A stretch of 64,000 nt of DNA from an uncultured Gemmatimonadales bacterium (GTDB lineage: Bacteria; Gemmatimonadota; Gemmatimonadetes; Gemmatimonadales; Gemmatimonadaceae): positions 1,408,001 through 1,472,000 of the forward strand of contig CAWBZV010000003.1 of the NCBI GenBank assembly GCA_963793305.1. Direction: 5' to 3'. The translations under genes were made by a program, and so were the position numbers. The notes beneath the pieces were generated by a model. That model ran no database searches and was not told where the DNA came from. It saw only the letters and a program-made list of their open reading frames with translations. This document shows positions 19,934 to 30,846 of the stretch, piece by piece (position 1 is the stretch's first letter; each line of letters begins with the position of its first letter).

Positions 19934-20890
19934 ATGCCAAAGAAGCGGCCCAAACGCGCGAGCGTGCCTCGCACGGCGACGGGCAAGAAGATGGACCTTG
20001 ACGCCTTGCGCACGAACGAGCGCGCCGCGATCGAGGGCGTGCGCGAGCGCACGGAAGAAGGCCACTTGCTCGCGGGCCGCACGCCCCCCTCGCAGCTCCG
20101 CGACGCGAGCCGTCGCTCGGGCGCGGTGCGCGTCGTCGAAGAATCCATTCGCGACCGCCCTCCGATCACGGAAGATGAGAAGCTGCTCCAGGAATCCGGG
20201 CCGCAAGTGGACTTCACGCGGACCGATCCCTGGCGCGTGCTCAAGATCATGAGCGAGTTGATCGAAGGGTTCGACACGCTGGCCGGGATCGAGAAAGGCG
20301 TCTCGGTCTTTGGCTCGGCCCGCACCGGCCCGGACGACCCGCAATATCGCGCGGCCGAGGAGACCGCGAAACTGCTCGCGCGCTCGGGGTTCTCGATTAT
20401 CACCGGCGCCGGCCCCGGTATCATGGAAGCCGCGAACAAGGGATGCCGCGAGGGCGGCGGGCACTCGGTCGGCTGCAACATCGAGCTGCCGTTCGAGCAG
20501 GGCGCGAACCCATATGTCGATACGCTGATCAACTTCCGCTACTTCTTCGTGCGGAAGACCATGTTCATCAAGTACTCGGTGGCGTTCATCATCTTCCCGG
20601 GCGGGTTCGGGACGCTCGACGAGTTGTTCGAGGCGCTCACGCTGATCCAGACGGGGAAGATCTACCAGTTCCCCGTGATTCTGTTCGGCCGCCGCTACTG
20701 GGCGGGCCTGCTGCGCTGGCTGCAGGCCCGGGTGCTGATCGAGAAAAAGATCTCGCCAGGCGATCTCGATCTGATGCTGCTAACGGACGACCCTGACGAG
20801 GCGGCCGCGGCGGTAGTCGCTGCCCACGAGGCTCAAACTCGGGCTGTTGGTGCGCGTCTCGCGAATGGGCGACGAGGACTGAAACCCTGA
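19934..20890 (+). CDS. LOG family (TIGR00730) Rossmann-fold protein
   Basis: VFGSART, TGAGPGIMEAAN, FRYFFVRK, PGGFGTLDE. Confidence 0.92.
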   Translation: MPKKRPKRASVPRTATGKKMDLDALRTNERAAIEGVRERTEEGHLLAGRTPPSQLRDASRRSGAVRVVEESIRDRPPITEDEKLLQESGPQVDFTRTDPWRVLKIMSELIEGFDTLAGIEKGVSVFGSARTGPDDPQYRAAEETAKLLARSGFSIITGAGPGIMEAANKGCREGGGHSVGCNIELPFEQGANPYVDTLINFRYFFVRKTMFIKYSVAFIIFPGGFGTLDELFEALTLIQTGKIYQFPVILFGRRYWAGLLRWLQARVLIEKKISPGDLDLMLLTDDPDEAAAAVVAAHEAQTRAVGARLANGRRGLKP

Positions 20891-21559
20891 GCCATGCCGG
20901 ACGACGACATTGCTGAACGACTTGCCAATGTTCTGGTACGTGAAGTACCCAGTGCCGAACACGTCCGTGCCGGTGCTGTCGATGATGTTGTACGCGTAGT
21001 TCGCCGTGAGCGTGTCGCCGTTGTACTGGTACCCGATGTTGCTCACCTGTCCCGTCAAGAGCTCGATCGTCGGCTGACCCGTGGAGTCGCTCCACGTGCC
21101 CGTCGACGTGTCGGCGACGTGATAGTTCACGTAGTTGAAATTCGCCGGCGGGTGGGTGGTCGCGATGCGCTCATCACGAATCGACAGGTAGTCGATCTCG
21201 ACGGCCGATGAGTCGGTGTTGAGCGAGATGTACGAGCTATCGAGCAGGAAGTTGATGACGCGCGTCGAGTCCGTCGTCACGACGCTGTCTTCCGCGCCGC
21301 CGAAATTGTACGGGAGTGGCTTCCCGAACACCGTAATCAGTCGATACAGCGCAGCAGGCGCGAGACCGGCGGAGTTCCCGCTGGTCCCGCCACCACCGCC
21401 GACAAAGGCCAGGCAGTTTGACCAGTTATTGGTGTTATCGCTTTGCTGATAAGTTTCGCACTGCGGACCAGTGGTATCTGTCAGCGCGCTCCCGTTCCCC
21501 TCGCATGCCGCGAACAACACCGTCGCGCTCGCGACGGCAACCGCCGTGATCCGTCTCAC
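20780..21559 (-). CDS. Hypothetical lipoprotein
   Basis: Lipobox FAAC; S/T/N/Y-rich; SD GGAG upstream. Confidence 0.65.
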   Translation of the reverse strand: MRRITAVAVASATVLFAACEGNGSALTDTTGPQCETYQQSDNTNNWSNCLAFVGGGGGTSGNSAGLAPAALYRLITVFGKPLPYNFGGAEDSVVTTDSTRVINFLLDSSYISLNTDSSAVEIDYLSIRDERIATTHPPANFNYVNYHVADTSTGTWSDSTGQPTIELLTGQVSNIGYQYNGDTLTANYAYNIIDSTGTDVFGTGYFTYQNIGKSFSNVVVRHGSGFQSSSPIRETRTNSPSLSLVGSDYRRGRLVRVVR

Positions 21560-21687
21560 TGAAAACGCTCCTCTTCAGGCTCTCGTCGGAACGACGCGAA
21601 ACCGGCTAGGATCGTCACAGCAAACGCATGTATTTCCTGTTGGCCGCGACGTTTGCGGTGGCTGATCGCGGCGCGGTATGTTGCCTT

Positions 21688-22167
21688 ATGATTGAAGCGC
21701 TGAAAGCAAAACTGGGTGAGGAGGTCGAGCGGCTCCAACACGAGCTGAACGTCACACTGCCCAATGAAATACGCAAAGCGGTCGAGCTAGGCGACCTCAG
21801 AGAGAACAGCGAGTACAAGGCTGCCCTTGAGCGGCAGCAGTTCGTCCAGGCCCGGCTGGGCCAGCTGCGCCAGCGGCTCAGTAAGCTCTCCACGATCGAC
21901 CTTGCCCAGATCCCCGCCGACAAAGTCGGCCTCGGCTCGCGCGTGACCGTCGAAGATCAAGCGACCAAGTCGACCGAAGTCTTCAACCTCGTATTCGGCG
22001 ACTCCGTCGAGTTGGAAGACGGCCATGTTTCCATGTCGTCACCGATCGGTCGCGCCCTCGTCGGCCGCGGGCTCGGCGACCTGACCGTGCTCAAGTTGCC
22101 GGCTTCGACGCGCCGCCTGAAGATCGTCGAGCTGCTCACCATCCACGACCTCGGCCAAGCCAGCTAA
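21688..22167 (+). CDS. greA: GreA/GreB family transcription elongation factor
   Basis: GDLRENSEYKAA, SMSSPIGRAL. Confidence 0.9.
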   Translation: MIEALKAKLGEEVERLQHELNVTLPNEIRKAVELGDLRENSEYKAALERQQFVQARLGQLRQRLSKLSTIDLAQIPADKVGLGSRVTVEDQATKSTEVFNLVFGDSVELEDGHVSMSSPIGRALVGRGLGDLTVLKLPASTRRLKIVELLTIHDLGQAS

Positions 22168-22170
22168 GGG

Positions 22171-23802
22171 TTACGGATCGACGCCGAACACGCGCTCCGC
22201 GTCGGCGTCATACTGCGCAACCGCCGTGGCTCGCTCACCAGCGTCCCAGCCGCGGATCGGCGCGAGCAGCTCGGCGACACGAGGTGCAACCGCGCGGCCA
22301 GCATCCCGGGTCTCAAACGCAATCTGCGTCCGACGCATGAGCACGTCGCAAACCGTACACGCCATCTCGCGCTCGGCCGCGTAGAGCACCTCGGCAGCGA
22401 TGTACGGCAATCCCGCCACGAGCGGCTCGGCGAGTGCCCGATCGCGCTCGGCGAACGCCCACACGAGCGGCCACCGATCGCCGTACGCCCGCACGAGCCG
22501 GCTGGCGATGTCGTGTGAGCCGACCCGGGCGGCCGCAGCACTGATGGTATCGGCGGTGGCGCCGAGTGCTCCGCCCGGGAGGAGCAGGGACTGCGTCGCC
22601 GCCGCCGTTACGGTCCGGCCCAACGCTCGCTCGACCGCATCCACGACCTCGGCCGCCATGGATCGATACGTCGTGAGCTTGCCGCCGCTGATGCTGATGA
22701 CACCGCCGGCACTCGTGTCGATCGAATGCTCGCGCGACAGAGAAGCCGGATCAGTGCCGGTCTCACGCACATTGGCGCTGAGCGGCCGGATGCCGGCCCA
22801 CGTACTGACCACGTCCGCGTCGTTCAGCCCTGCCGCGGGAAACGCCGCGTTGGCGGATTCGAGCAGATAGGCGATGTCCGACCGCGATGCCCGGACCGCG
22901 TCCGGTGTCGCGGTCGTCTGCGTGTCGGTCGTCCCGATGATGGTGAGCGCCCCAAACGGCAGCACGAACATGACGCGCCCGTCAACGACCGAGAGCAACG
23001 TGACCGCGCCATGGTTGCCCACGCGCGCGGCCGGCACGGCGAGATGCACGCCTTTCGTGCCTTGCACCGCCTGCGGCGCATCGGGCCGATCCATCCGCCG
23101 GATAGCGGTACTCCATGGCCCGGCCGCATTCACGGTGACGCCCGAGCGGATGGTCGTCGACCCACTCCCGAACGCATCAGCGACAATCGCCCCCACGACA
23201 CGCTCGCCCGAGTGCACGAGCTCGCACACGCTCGCGTGATTGACCACGACGGCTCCCGCTTCGGCCGCCGCCAACGCATTCGCCAACGTCAGCCTCGCGT
23301 CGTCCGTCGCCGCGTCCCAATACTGCGCGCCACCTTGCAGGCCGTCGGATCGCAAGGCCGGCTCGTTGGCGAGCACTTGCGCGACCGACAGCTGCCGGTG
23401 CGTGCCGACGTTCCGGAAGAGCGCCAGCGCGTCATAGAGCAGGAGCCCGGCGCCGAGCTTCCACCGGGGCACCCGGGCGCCCGCGTAGACCGGCCACGTG
23501 AACGCGAGCGGGTGCACGAGGTGCGGCGCGATCGACAGCAACGTCCGTCGTTCGCGACTGGCCTCGAAGACGAGATGCAGGTACCCGTGCTCGAGATACC
23601 GGACCCCGCCGTGCACGAGCCGGGACGAGCGGCTCAACGTCCCGCTCGCGAAATCGTCGCGCTCGACGAGCGCGGTCTTGAGCCCGCGCAGCGCCGCGTC
23701 TCTCGCAATGCCGGCGCCCGTGATCCCACCACCAATGACCAGCACATCGAACGGCGCCGCACCAAGCTGGCTGAAGTTCCGAAGTGGCAGCGGAGAAGGC
23801 AC
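22171..23802 (-). CDS. glpD: FAD-dependent glycerol-3-phosphate dehydrogenase
   Basis: IGGGITGAG, SRLVHGGVRYLE, DDARL, GGKLTTYR. Confidence 0.92.
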   Translation of the reverse strand: MPSPLPLRNFSQLGAAPFDVLVIGGGITGAGIARDAALRGLKTALVERDDFASGTLSRSSRLVHGGVRYLEHGYLHLVFEASRERRTLLSIAPHLVHPLAFTWPVYAGARVPRWKLGAGLLLYDALALFRNVGTHRQLSVAQVLANEPALRSDGLQGGAQYWDAATDDARLTLANALAAAEAGAVVVNHASVCELVHSGERVVGAIVADAFGSGSTTIRSGVTVNAAGPWSTAIRRMDRPDAPQAVQGTKGVHLAVPAARVGNHGAVTLLSVVDGRVMFVLPFGALTIIGTTDTQTTATPDAVRASRSDIAYLLESANAAFPAAGLNDADVVSTWAGIRPLSANVRETGTDPASLSREHSIDTSAGGVISISGGKLTTYRSMAAEVVDAVERALGRTVTAAATQSLLLPGGALGATADTISAAAARVGSHDIASRLVRAYGDRWPLVWAFAERDRALAEPLVAGLPYIAAEVLYAAEREMACTVCDVLMRRTQIAFETRDAGRAVAPRVAELLAPIRGWDAGERATAVAQYDADAERVFGVDP

Positions 23803-23820
23803 GGGTCTAATTTCCGTTAG

Positions 23821-25116
23821 ATGCCGACCTTTGGAAATGGCCGCCGGGTGGCGATCGTCGCCGGCCTGCGGACGCCGTTCGCCAAAGCAGGGACGGTCTT
23901 CAAAACCGTAAGCGCGATCGAGCTCGGCCGCCTCTGCGTGACCGAGTTGGTCGAGCGGTCGAACCTCGACGGCGAGGACGTCGACGCACTCATCTTCGGC
24001 ACGGTCGTTCCGTCCGTGCTCGCGCCGAACATCGCGCGCGAAGTCTCGTTACTGCCAATTTTTCCAAAGGGCATCCCGGCGTTCACGGTCGGCCGCGCCT
24101 GTGCCTCGGCGAACCAGGCGATCACCGACGGCGCCGACCAGATCGCGCTCGGCCAGGCGAACGTCGTCATCGCCGGCGGCGCGGAGTCGCTCTCGGCTGT
24201 GCCAATTCTGCACTCGCGCGCGTTCTCCGACATCCTCCTCGACGCGAGCAAAGCGAAGTCCGTTCCGGCCAAGATCGCCGCGCTGGCGCGGACGCGACCC
24301 CGTGACCTCGTGCCGGTGACCCCCGCGATCGCCGAGCCATCGACTGGCGAGACGATGGGGCAGTCGGCCGAGAAGATGGCCAAGATCAACCACATTCCGC
24401 GCGACGAGCAGGACCAGCTCGCGCTGCGCTCCCATCGGCTCGCGGCCGCCGGCACGGCCGACGGGCGTCTGACGGCCGAGATCGCGCCGGTCTACGTGGC
24501 CCCCAAGTTCGAGACGGTGGTCACGTCGGACAATGGCATCCGGGAGAACACGAGCCTGGAGCAGCTCGCGGCGCTCAAGCCGGTGTTCGACCGCAAGTAC
24601 GGTACGATCACCGCCGGCAACTCCTCGCCGCTCACCGACGGCGGCGCCGCCGTCATCCTGATGGGCGAAGACACGGCCAAGGCGCTCGGCTTCACGCCGA
24701 TCGCGTTTATTCGCTCATACGCCTACGCCGCGCTCGATCCCGGCGAGCAACTCTTGCAGGCGCCGGTGCTCGCTGCGCCCAATGCGTTGCGACGTGCCGG
24801 ACTGACGTTGGCCGACATCGATCTCTTCGAGATGCACGAGGCGTTTGCGGCCCAAGTCCTGTCGAACCTGTGCGGCTTCGAGTCCCAATACTGGGCCGAG
24901 CGCGCGGGCCTTACCAAGCCACTGGGCGCCGTTGATCGGGCGAGGCTCAATGTCATGGGTGGGTCCATTGCTATTGGCCATCCGTTCGGTGCGACGGGCG
25001 CAAGAATTCTGACGACGCTCGTCAACGAGCTGCGCCGGCGCAATGGACAGTTCGGCATGATGACCGTGTGTGCCGCCGGCGGGATGGGTCACGCCATGAT
25101 CGTGGAGCGCGCCTAA
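23821..25116 (+). CDS. fadI: Acetyl-CoA C-acyltransferase (thiolase) FadI
   Basis: RACAS, HEAFAAQ, GHPFGATG, CAAGG; precedes fadJ. Confidence 0.9.
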   Translation: MPTFGNGRRVAIVAGLRTPFAKAGTVFKTVSAIELGRLCVTELVERSNLDGEDVDALIFGTVVPSVLAPNIAREVSLLPIFPKGIPAFTVGRACASANQAITDGADQIALGQANVVIAGGAESLSAVPILHSRAFSDILLDASKAKSVPAKIAALARTRPRDLVPVTPAIAEPSTGETMGQSAEKMAKINHIPRDEQDQLALRSHRLAAAGTADGRLTAEIAPVYVAPKFETVVTSDNGIRENTSLEQLAALKPVFDRKYGTITAGNSSPLTDGGAAVILMGEDTAKALGFTPIAFIRSYAYAALDPGEQLLQAPVLAAPNALRRAGLTLADIDLFEMHEAFAAQVLSNLCGFESQYWAERAGLTKPLGAVDRARLNVMGGSIAIGHPFGATGARILTTLVNELRRRNGQFGMMTVCAAGGMGHAMIVERA

Positions 25117-27228
25117 GTGAGCGCGCTTACTGTCGAGACTCGCGACAGTATTGCTCTGATCACGTTCGACACACCGGGCTCGTCGGTCAACACGTTCGCG
25201 CCAGCGGCGCGGGCCGAGTTCATCGCGGTGCTCGACCGGCTGGAAAAAGACAGCAGCATCAAGGCGGCCGTGCTCTTCTCCGGCAAGCCCAATGTCTGGA
25301 TCGCTGGCGCCAACGTCGAAGAGCTGATGTCACTCCCGACCGCCGCCGACGCCGAGCGATTGAGCCAGATGGGGCACGCGCTCATGGACCGCGTCCAGCG
25401 GCTCCGCGCCCCGCTCATCGCGGCGATTCAAGGCGCGTGCTTGGGCGGCGGCCTCGAGCTCGCGCTCGCCTGCGCCTATCGCATCGCGGCCGACACGCCG
25501 AAAACAGTCCTGGCGCTGCCCGAGGTCAACCTCGGCCTGATTCCGGGCGCCGGCGGCACCCAACGGTTGCCGCGCACCGTCGGCCTGCAACAGGCGCTCG
25601 ACATGATCTTGCGCGGTGGCAACGTGCGGGGCCGCAAGGCGCTGTCGACCGCGCTCATCGATGAGCTGGTGCATCCGGCGATCTTGCGCGAGATCGCGCT
25701 GGCCCGCGCGCAGGCATTTGCGGCCGGTCGTCCGCCGGCGCGACGGAAGCCCAGCGGTGCGGCGGCGCAACGGTTGCTGCTGGAGGCGAATCCCGTCGGA
25801 CGCGCGGTCATCTTCCGGCAGGCGCGCGAGCAGATTCGCGCGAAGACGCACGGGAATTATCCCGCGCCGATCGCGGCGATCGAAGCCGTCGCCGCTGGAT
25901 ACTCGGGGAACGGCTACGAGACCGAAGCCCGATTGTTCGGCACGTGCGCCGTGTCCGAAGTCTCCAAGAATTTAGTGTACATATTCTTCGCGCAGACCGC
26001 GCTGAAGAAATCGGACCCGGGTGCACCGATAAAAAAGATCGCGGTCCTCGGCACGGGCTTCATGGGCGCGGGGATTGCCTCGGTCGCGGTTCAGCAAAAC
26101 ATCAACGTCCGGTTCAAGGACACCGAGTACGGTCGCGTACTCAAGGGCTTGGCGGCCGTGCGCGGGGTGATCAAAGAACGGCTGACCCGCAAGCAGATCA
26201 CGCGCCAACAATTCGACGACATGATGTCCCTGGTCCAGGGGACCATCGCCTATACGGGTTTCGGGAATGTGCAGGTGGTGATCGAGGCCGTCTTCGAGAG
26301 CCTCGAGGTCAAGCATGCGGTGCTGAAAGAAGTCGAGGCCGTGGTGCCACCCACGACGATCTACGCGTCGAACACGAGCACGATCCCGATCGCGAAGATC
26401 GCCGATGCGTCCCGGGACCGCTCGCACGTGATCGGCATGCACTTCTTCTCGCCGGTCCCGAAGATGCCGCTGCTCGAGGTGATCGTCACTCCAGAGACCG
26501 ACCCGGCGGTGACGTCGACCGTACGCGCACTGGGCCAGCGCCTCGGCAAAACCGTGATCGTCGTCCACGACAGTCCAGGCTTTTACGTCAACCGGATACT
26601 CGCCCCGTATATCAATGAAGCGGGACGGATGCTGGACGAAGGCGTCGCCGTCGACGCGATCGACCGCGCGCTCGTCGCCTTCGGCTTCCCGGTCGGACCG
26701 ATCACGCTGATCGACGAGGTCGGCCTCGACATCGCCGGCGAGTCCGGCAAGATCATGAGCGCGAGCTTCGGCGCGCGCCTCACGCCCTCGACCTCACTCG
26801 AGCGCGTGATCGCCGCCGGCCGCCTCGGCCGCAAGAACCGCAAGGGATTCTATCTGTACGACGACGCCGGCGAAAAGAAAGGCGTCGATTCGTCGGTCTA
26901 CACCCTGCTCCCAACCGGCGCGCAGCGCAGCACGATCCCGGACGACGACATCCAGCGGCGCGCGGTCCTGGCGATGGTCAACGAAGCGGTGCGGTGCCTC
27001 GAAGACGGCGTCATCAGCTCCGCCCGCGACGGCGACATTGGCGCCGTCTTTGGATTCGGGTTCCCACCGTTCCGCGGTGGACCCTTCCGCTATATCGACC
27101 ACCTGGGCGCCGACGCCGTCGTCAAGAAACTGGAAGAGCTCAACGACCGCTATGCCCCGCGCTTCGCGCCGACCGAGCTCCTCGTCGAGCACGGGCGCAA
27201 GAAATTGCCATTTACTACTCTCAAGTGA
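25117..27228 (+). CDS. fadJ: Fatty acid oxidation complex alpha subunit FadJ
   Basis: [40 protein letters not shown]. Confidence 0.92.
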   Translation: MSALTVETRDSIALITFDTPGSSVNTFAPAARAEFIAVLDRLEKDSSIKAAVLFSGKPNVWIAGANVEELMSLPTAADAERLSQMGHALMDRVQRLRAPLIAAIQGACLGGGLELALACAYRIAADTPKTVLALPEVNLGLIPGAGGTQRLPRTVGLQQALDMILRGGNVRGRKALSTALIDELVHPAILREIALARAQAFAAGRPPARRKPSGAAAQRLLLEANPVGRAVIFRQAREQIRAKTHGNYPAPIAAIEAVAAGYSGNGYETEARLFGTCAVSEVSKNLVYIFFAQTALKKSDPGAPIKKIAVLGTGFMGAGIASVAVQQNINVRFKDTEYGRVLKGLAAVRGVIKERLTRKQITRQQFDDMMSLVQGTIAYTGFGNVQVVIEAVFESLEVKHAVLKEVEAVVPPTTIYASNTSTIPIAKIADASRDRSHVIGMHFFSPVPKMPLLEVIVTPETDPAVTSTVRALGQRLGKTVIVVHDSPGFYVNRILAPYINEAGRMLDEGVAVDAIDRALVAFGFPVGPITLIDEVGLDIAGESGKIMSASFGARLTPSTSLERVIAAGRLGRKNRKGFYLYDDAGEKKGVDSSVYTLLPTGAQRSTIPDDDIQRRAVLAMVNEAVRCLEDGVISSARDGDIGAVFGFGFPPFRGGPFRYIDHLGADAVVKKLEELNDRYAPRFAPTELLVEHGRKKLPFTTLK

Positions 27229-28733
27229 ACAACCTCATTCGTCCGCGAGCAGCGCTCGTCCTGCTCGCCTTCGTGGGCGGTGGCTCCGGCCCGCTCACGC
27301 GCGCGGAACGCACGAACTACACCGAGACGTCCCATTACGAGGACGTCATCGCGTTTCTCGACACGCTGAAGACGCACATCGACCCCTCGGTCCATGCCGT
27401 CTTCGGCACACTCGGCTACACGACGGAACGCCGCGCGATCCCATTCGTGAAGTTGTCGCGCGGTCTGCCGAAGCGAAAACCCATCGTCTACGTCCAGGCG
27501 AACATCCACGCCGGGGAAGTGGAGGGGAAAGAAGCCCTCCTGGCGTTGATTCGCGACCTCGGCACGCACCACGGTCCGAGCGTGCTGGACTCGATTACGC
27601 TTATCGCGGTGCCGATCTATAATGCCGACGGGAACGAGAAGTTCGCGTCGCAGTCGGTGAATCGCACCGAGCAAAACGGTCCGGAGCAAGTCGGGCAGCG
27701 CCCGAATGGCATGGGTCTCGACCTGAACCGCGACTACGTGAAGGCCGAGGCGCCGGAGACCCGGGCGTCACTGTTTGCGTTCAACACGTGGAACCCCGAC
27801 GTGTTCGTGGATCTGCACACGACGGACGGCAGTTTCCACGGGTACGCCCTGACGTACGCTCCCTCGCTCTCTCCCGCCTCACTCTGGGCTGGTGCGTACA
27901 CCCGCGACTCGTTGCTGCCCGAATTGCGTCGTCGCGTGGCAAAGCGCGATGGCTTTGCCATTTTCGACTACGGGAACTTCGAGGGCCAGCCGCGGGCGTG
28001 GAAGACGTACGACAATCGTCCGAGGTTCGGCACAAACTATTTTGGTATTCGTGGACGCATAGCGATCCTGAGCGAAGCGTACTCGCATGACCCTTTTGAG
28101 AAACGAGTGCATGCGACCTACGCCTTCGTGCGCGAGATCCTGTCACTCGTGGCCGAGAAGAAGTCGCGGATCATCCGCCTGCCCGACCCCAAGGCCGACA
28201 GCGTCCCAATTCGCTCGGCCCTGACGCCCACACCCCTGTCATTACCAGTGGTGGCCGAGTCGCTCCTCGCCACCGGGGATTCGTCGCTGACACAGCCGGG
28301 CGTGCCACGAGGATATCGCCGCGCCGGCCACTTCGACACGGTCACGATGGACGTTTACGACCGCTTCTCGCCGACGCTCAAAGTGCCGATGCCGCGAGGC
28401 TATGTGGTCCCCGCCAATCAAACCGTGGCGGTCCGCCTCCTCCGGTGGCACGGGATTGAGATGACTGGCCCGCAGGCGACCTGTGGCCCGGCTCAGGCGT
28501 TCGCCCTGGATAGCGCCACCCAGGACACGATCGTGTTCCAGGGTCATCGCCAAGCGCACCAGTTCGGCCACTGGTCGACGACCGCGGACCCGGTCCAGGG
28601 CCCGTGCTACGAGGTCTCCACGCACCAACGCCTCGGTGTCCTGGCCGTGTATCTTTTGGAGCCCCAGAGCGACGATGGATTCGTGACGTGGAACATTGTC
28701 TCCGGGACTCCCATCAGACGACTCGCCCCGTAA
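27225..28733 (+). CDS. M14 family zinc carboxypeptidase
   Basis: IHAGEVEG, DLNRD, DLH; start GTG 27225 overlaps fadJ stop. Confidence 0.88.
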   Translation: MNNLIRPRAALVLLAFVGGGSGPLTRAERTNYTETSHYEDVIAFLDTLKTHIDPSVHAVFGTLGYTTERRAIPFVKLSRGLPKRKPIVYVQANIHAGEVEGKEALLALIRDLGTHHGPSVLDSITLIAVPIYNADGNEKFASQSVNRTEQNGPEQVGQRPNGMGLDLNRDYVKAEAPETRASLFAFNTWNPDVFVDLHTTDGSFHGYALTYAPSLSPASLWAGAYTRDSLLPELRRRVAKRDGFAIFDYGNFEGQPRAWKTYDNRPRFGTNYFGIRGRIAILSEAYSHDPFEKRVHATYAFVREILSLVAEKKSRIIRLPDPKADSVPIRSALTPTPLSLPVVAESLLATGDSSLTQPGVPRGYRRAGHFDTVTMDVYDRFSPTLKVPMPRGYVVPANQTVAVRLLRWHGIEMTGPQATCGPAQAFALDSATQDTIVFQGHRQAHQFGHWSTTADPVQGPCYEVSTHQRLGVLAVYLLEPQSDDGFVTWNIVSGTPIRRLAP

Positions 28734-28740
28734 CGCGATC

Positions 28741-29676
28741 ATGCTGCGTAGCGCGCTGCTGTATTTGTCGAATCAACCGCAGGTATTCAAGTTCGTTCGC
28801 CACAACACGCTGGCCCGCAAGTTCGCCGAGCGATTCGTTGCCGGTGAGACGCTCGAGCAGGTGCTCGACGCGGTCGTCGCCCTCAACGCCAAAGGGATCT
28901 CGGCCTCGCTCGACCTCCTCGGCGAGAGCATTCACGCCGAGCCCGAAGCGCGGGCCGGGGGCCGCGAGTACCTGCACATGCTCGACCGGATTCGCGAGCG
29001 CGGGCTCGACGCCAACGTGTCGGTCAAGCTCACCGCGATGGGTCTCGATCTCTCCGAGGATCTCTGCGTCGAGATTCTCCACGATATCGTCGGGCGGGCG
29101 CGCGACTACCGGACCTTCGTACGCCTCGACATGGAGTCGAGCGCGTACACGGATCGCACCCTGCATCTCTTCTACGATCGCCTCTATCCCGTCTTCGGGA
29201 ACCACGTCGGGATCGTGCTCCAAAGCGCCCTGCGCCGAACCGAATCCGACGTCGCCAACGCCATTGCGGCGAAATGTCGCGTCAGGATCTGCAAAGGCGC
29301 GTATCGTGAACCGCCGGCCGTCGCATTCCCGGACAAGAAGGACGTGGACCAGAATTACGTCCGGTGCATGAAGCGCCTGATGAAAGAAGGGAATTACCCG
29401 GGCATCGCGACGCACGATGAGCGCATTATCGAACAGGCAAAGGCATTCGCGGCATCCGAGCAGATCGCGAACGATCGCTACGAGTTTCAGATGCTGTATG
29501 GCGTCCGGCGCGACCTGCAGGAGTCGCTCGTGCGCGCGGGATATCGCGTCCGCGTGTACGTCCCGTTCGGCACGCAGTGGTATCCGTATCTCATGCGCCG
29601 GCTCGCCGAGCGGCCGGCGAATGTCGCATTCATCACCGGCAACGTGTTGCGGGAGTTGATGAGCGGGCACCGGTGA
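28741..29676 (+). CDS. Monofunctional proline dehydrogenase
   Basis: RFVAGE, RLDME, CKGAY, ATHD, FQMLYG, YLMRRLAERPAN. Confidence 0.93.
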   Translation: MLRSALLYLSNQPQVFKFVRHNTLARKFAERFVAGETLEQVLDAVVALNAKGISASLDLLGESIHAEPEARAGGREYLHMLDRIRERGLDANVSVKLTAMGLDLSEDLCVEILHDIVGRARDYRTFVRLDMESSAYTDRTLHLFYDRLYPVFGNHVGIVLQSALRRTESDVANAIAAKCRVRICKGAYREPPAVAFPDKKDVDQNYVRCMKRLMKEGNYPGIATHDERIIEQAKAFAASEQIANDRYEFQMLYGVRRDLQESLVRAGYRVRVYVPFGTQWYPYLMRRLAERPANVAFITGNVLRELMSGHR

Positions 29677-29958
29677 CGGATGAGTCGACATTGGGCGGCT
29701 ACTTCGCTGTCCATACACGCCCGCCGGCGTTCACCGGCGTGGATGGTGGCGCCTACACCGTCGACGTCGCGGTCGACGAGACCGGCGGCTACCTCCTGTT
29801 TCTTCGGTGGGATGGCGAGCCGCCGACGATCAAGGGACACCTCGAGTCGGAGTATCTCGTGCGCGGCGCCGATGAGTCCATGGTCCGCGCGGCGCTCGAT
29901 CGGCTCTCGTTGCTCGAACGTCAAGACGACGCTCGACGCCTTGATCCGCGAGCAATGA
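29673..29958 (+). pseudogene. Small hypothetical protein with frameshift near 29917
   Basis: MTDESTLGGYFAVHTRPPAF..GHLESEYL; removing one A gives LLDVKTTLDALIREQ* with ATGA overlap to rsgA. Confidence 0.55.
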
Positions 29959-30846
29959 CAGCGCAGGGAGTCGTGCTCCAAGGCACCGGTGGCGTGTGGT
30001 CTGTCCGGACGTCCGACGGTGTCACGCGGGACGTGTCCCTTCGTGGACGTTCTCAAGATCTCGGCCGACAAGCTGGCGGTGGGTGACGAGGTCATCCTCG
30101 AGGACGCGGGCGGCACGTGGGCGATCGCCGAGATCCTGCCGCGCCGCTCGGTCCTGGCGCGCCGGTCGCCGAGCGGCGCCTATGGTGAACGGATCGTCGC
30201 CGCCAACGTCGACCAGGTCATCGTCGTGTTTGCGGCCGCGAATCCCGAGCCACACCTGCGCATGCTCGATCGCTTTCTCGTGATTGCCGAAGCGAACGAG
30301 TTGCAAGCGCATATCGTCATCAATAAGATCGACCTCGTCGACCCGGTTGCCGCACGCGCGCGGTTCGCCGAGTACCCGCTCGCCGGGTATCCAGTCCACT
30401 TCACGAGCATCGTGACCCGCGTCGGCCTCGATGAGTTGGCGGCCGAGCTCAAGGGCCGCACGTCTGCGCTCTCCGGGCCATCCGGCGTCGGGAAGTCGTC
30501 GCTCTTGAATGCGCTCTATCCGGGACTCAACCTCCGCGTCGGTGCGATCAGTCAATCAGTGAACAAGGGCCGCCACACCACGGTGGGCGCCTTGCTCCAT
30601 CCGCTGCCGGACGGCGGTTACGTCGCCGATACGCCGGGTTTGCGCGAGGTCGGCATCTGGGGTCTCTCGGCCGATGCGCTCGACCGCTGCTTCCCCGAGT
30701 TCGTCACCCACCTCGGCCACTGTCGCTTCGCCGACTGCCATCACGTCGTCGAACCCGATTGCGCGGTCCGCGCCGCCATCGCTGCCGGGGAGCTCAGCGC
30801 AAACCGATACGATAGCTATGTGCGGCTCCGGCACGAGCTGCAGTGA
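29955..30846 (+). pseudogene. rsgA: Ribosome small subunit-dependent GTPase A, frameshift at about 30050 (likely sequencing error)
   Basis: MTAQGVV..SLRGR / LKI..AVGDEV, AANVDQ, NKID, GPSGVGKSS, GRHTT, DTPG, CRFADCHH..EPDC. Confidence 0.9.

Noticed and set aside
18769..20532. Extended N-termini in the ORF track (M23, sufC, bioF, pqqD, PBP, M14)
   Set aside because: Extensions overlap neighbouring real genes; shorter starts chosen from homology and coupling
30040..30060. Programmed frameshifting in rsgA or pqqB
   Set aside because: No slippery heptamer or stimulatory structure; many similar indels point to sequencing error
29577..30086. Apparent fusion of the hypothetical protein to the RsgA N-terminus
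   Set aside because: Produced by two separate +1 indels; correcting them gives two ATGA-coupled genes
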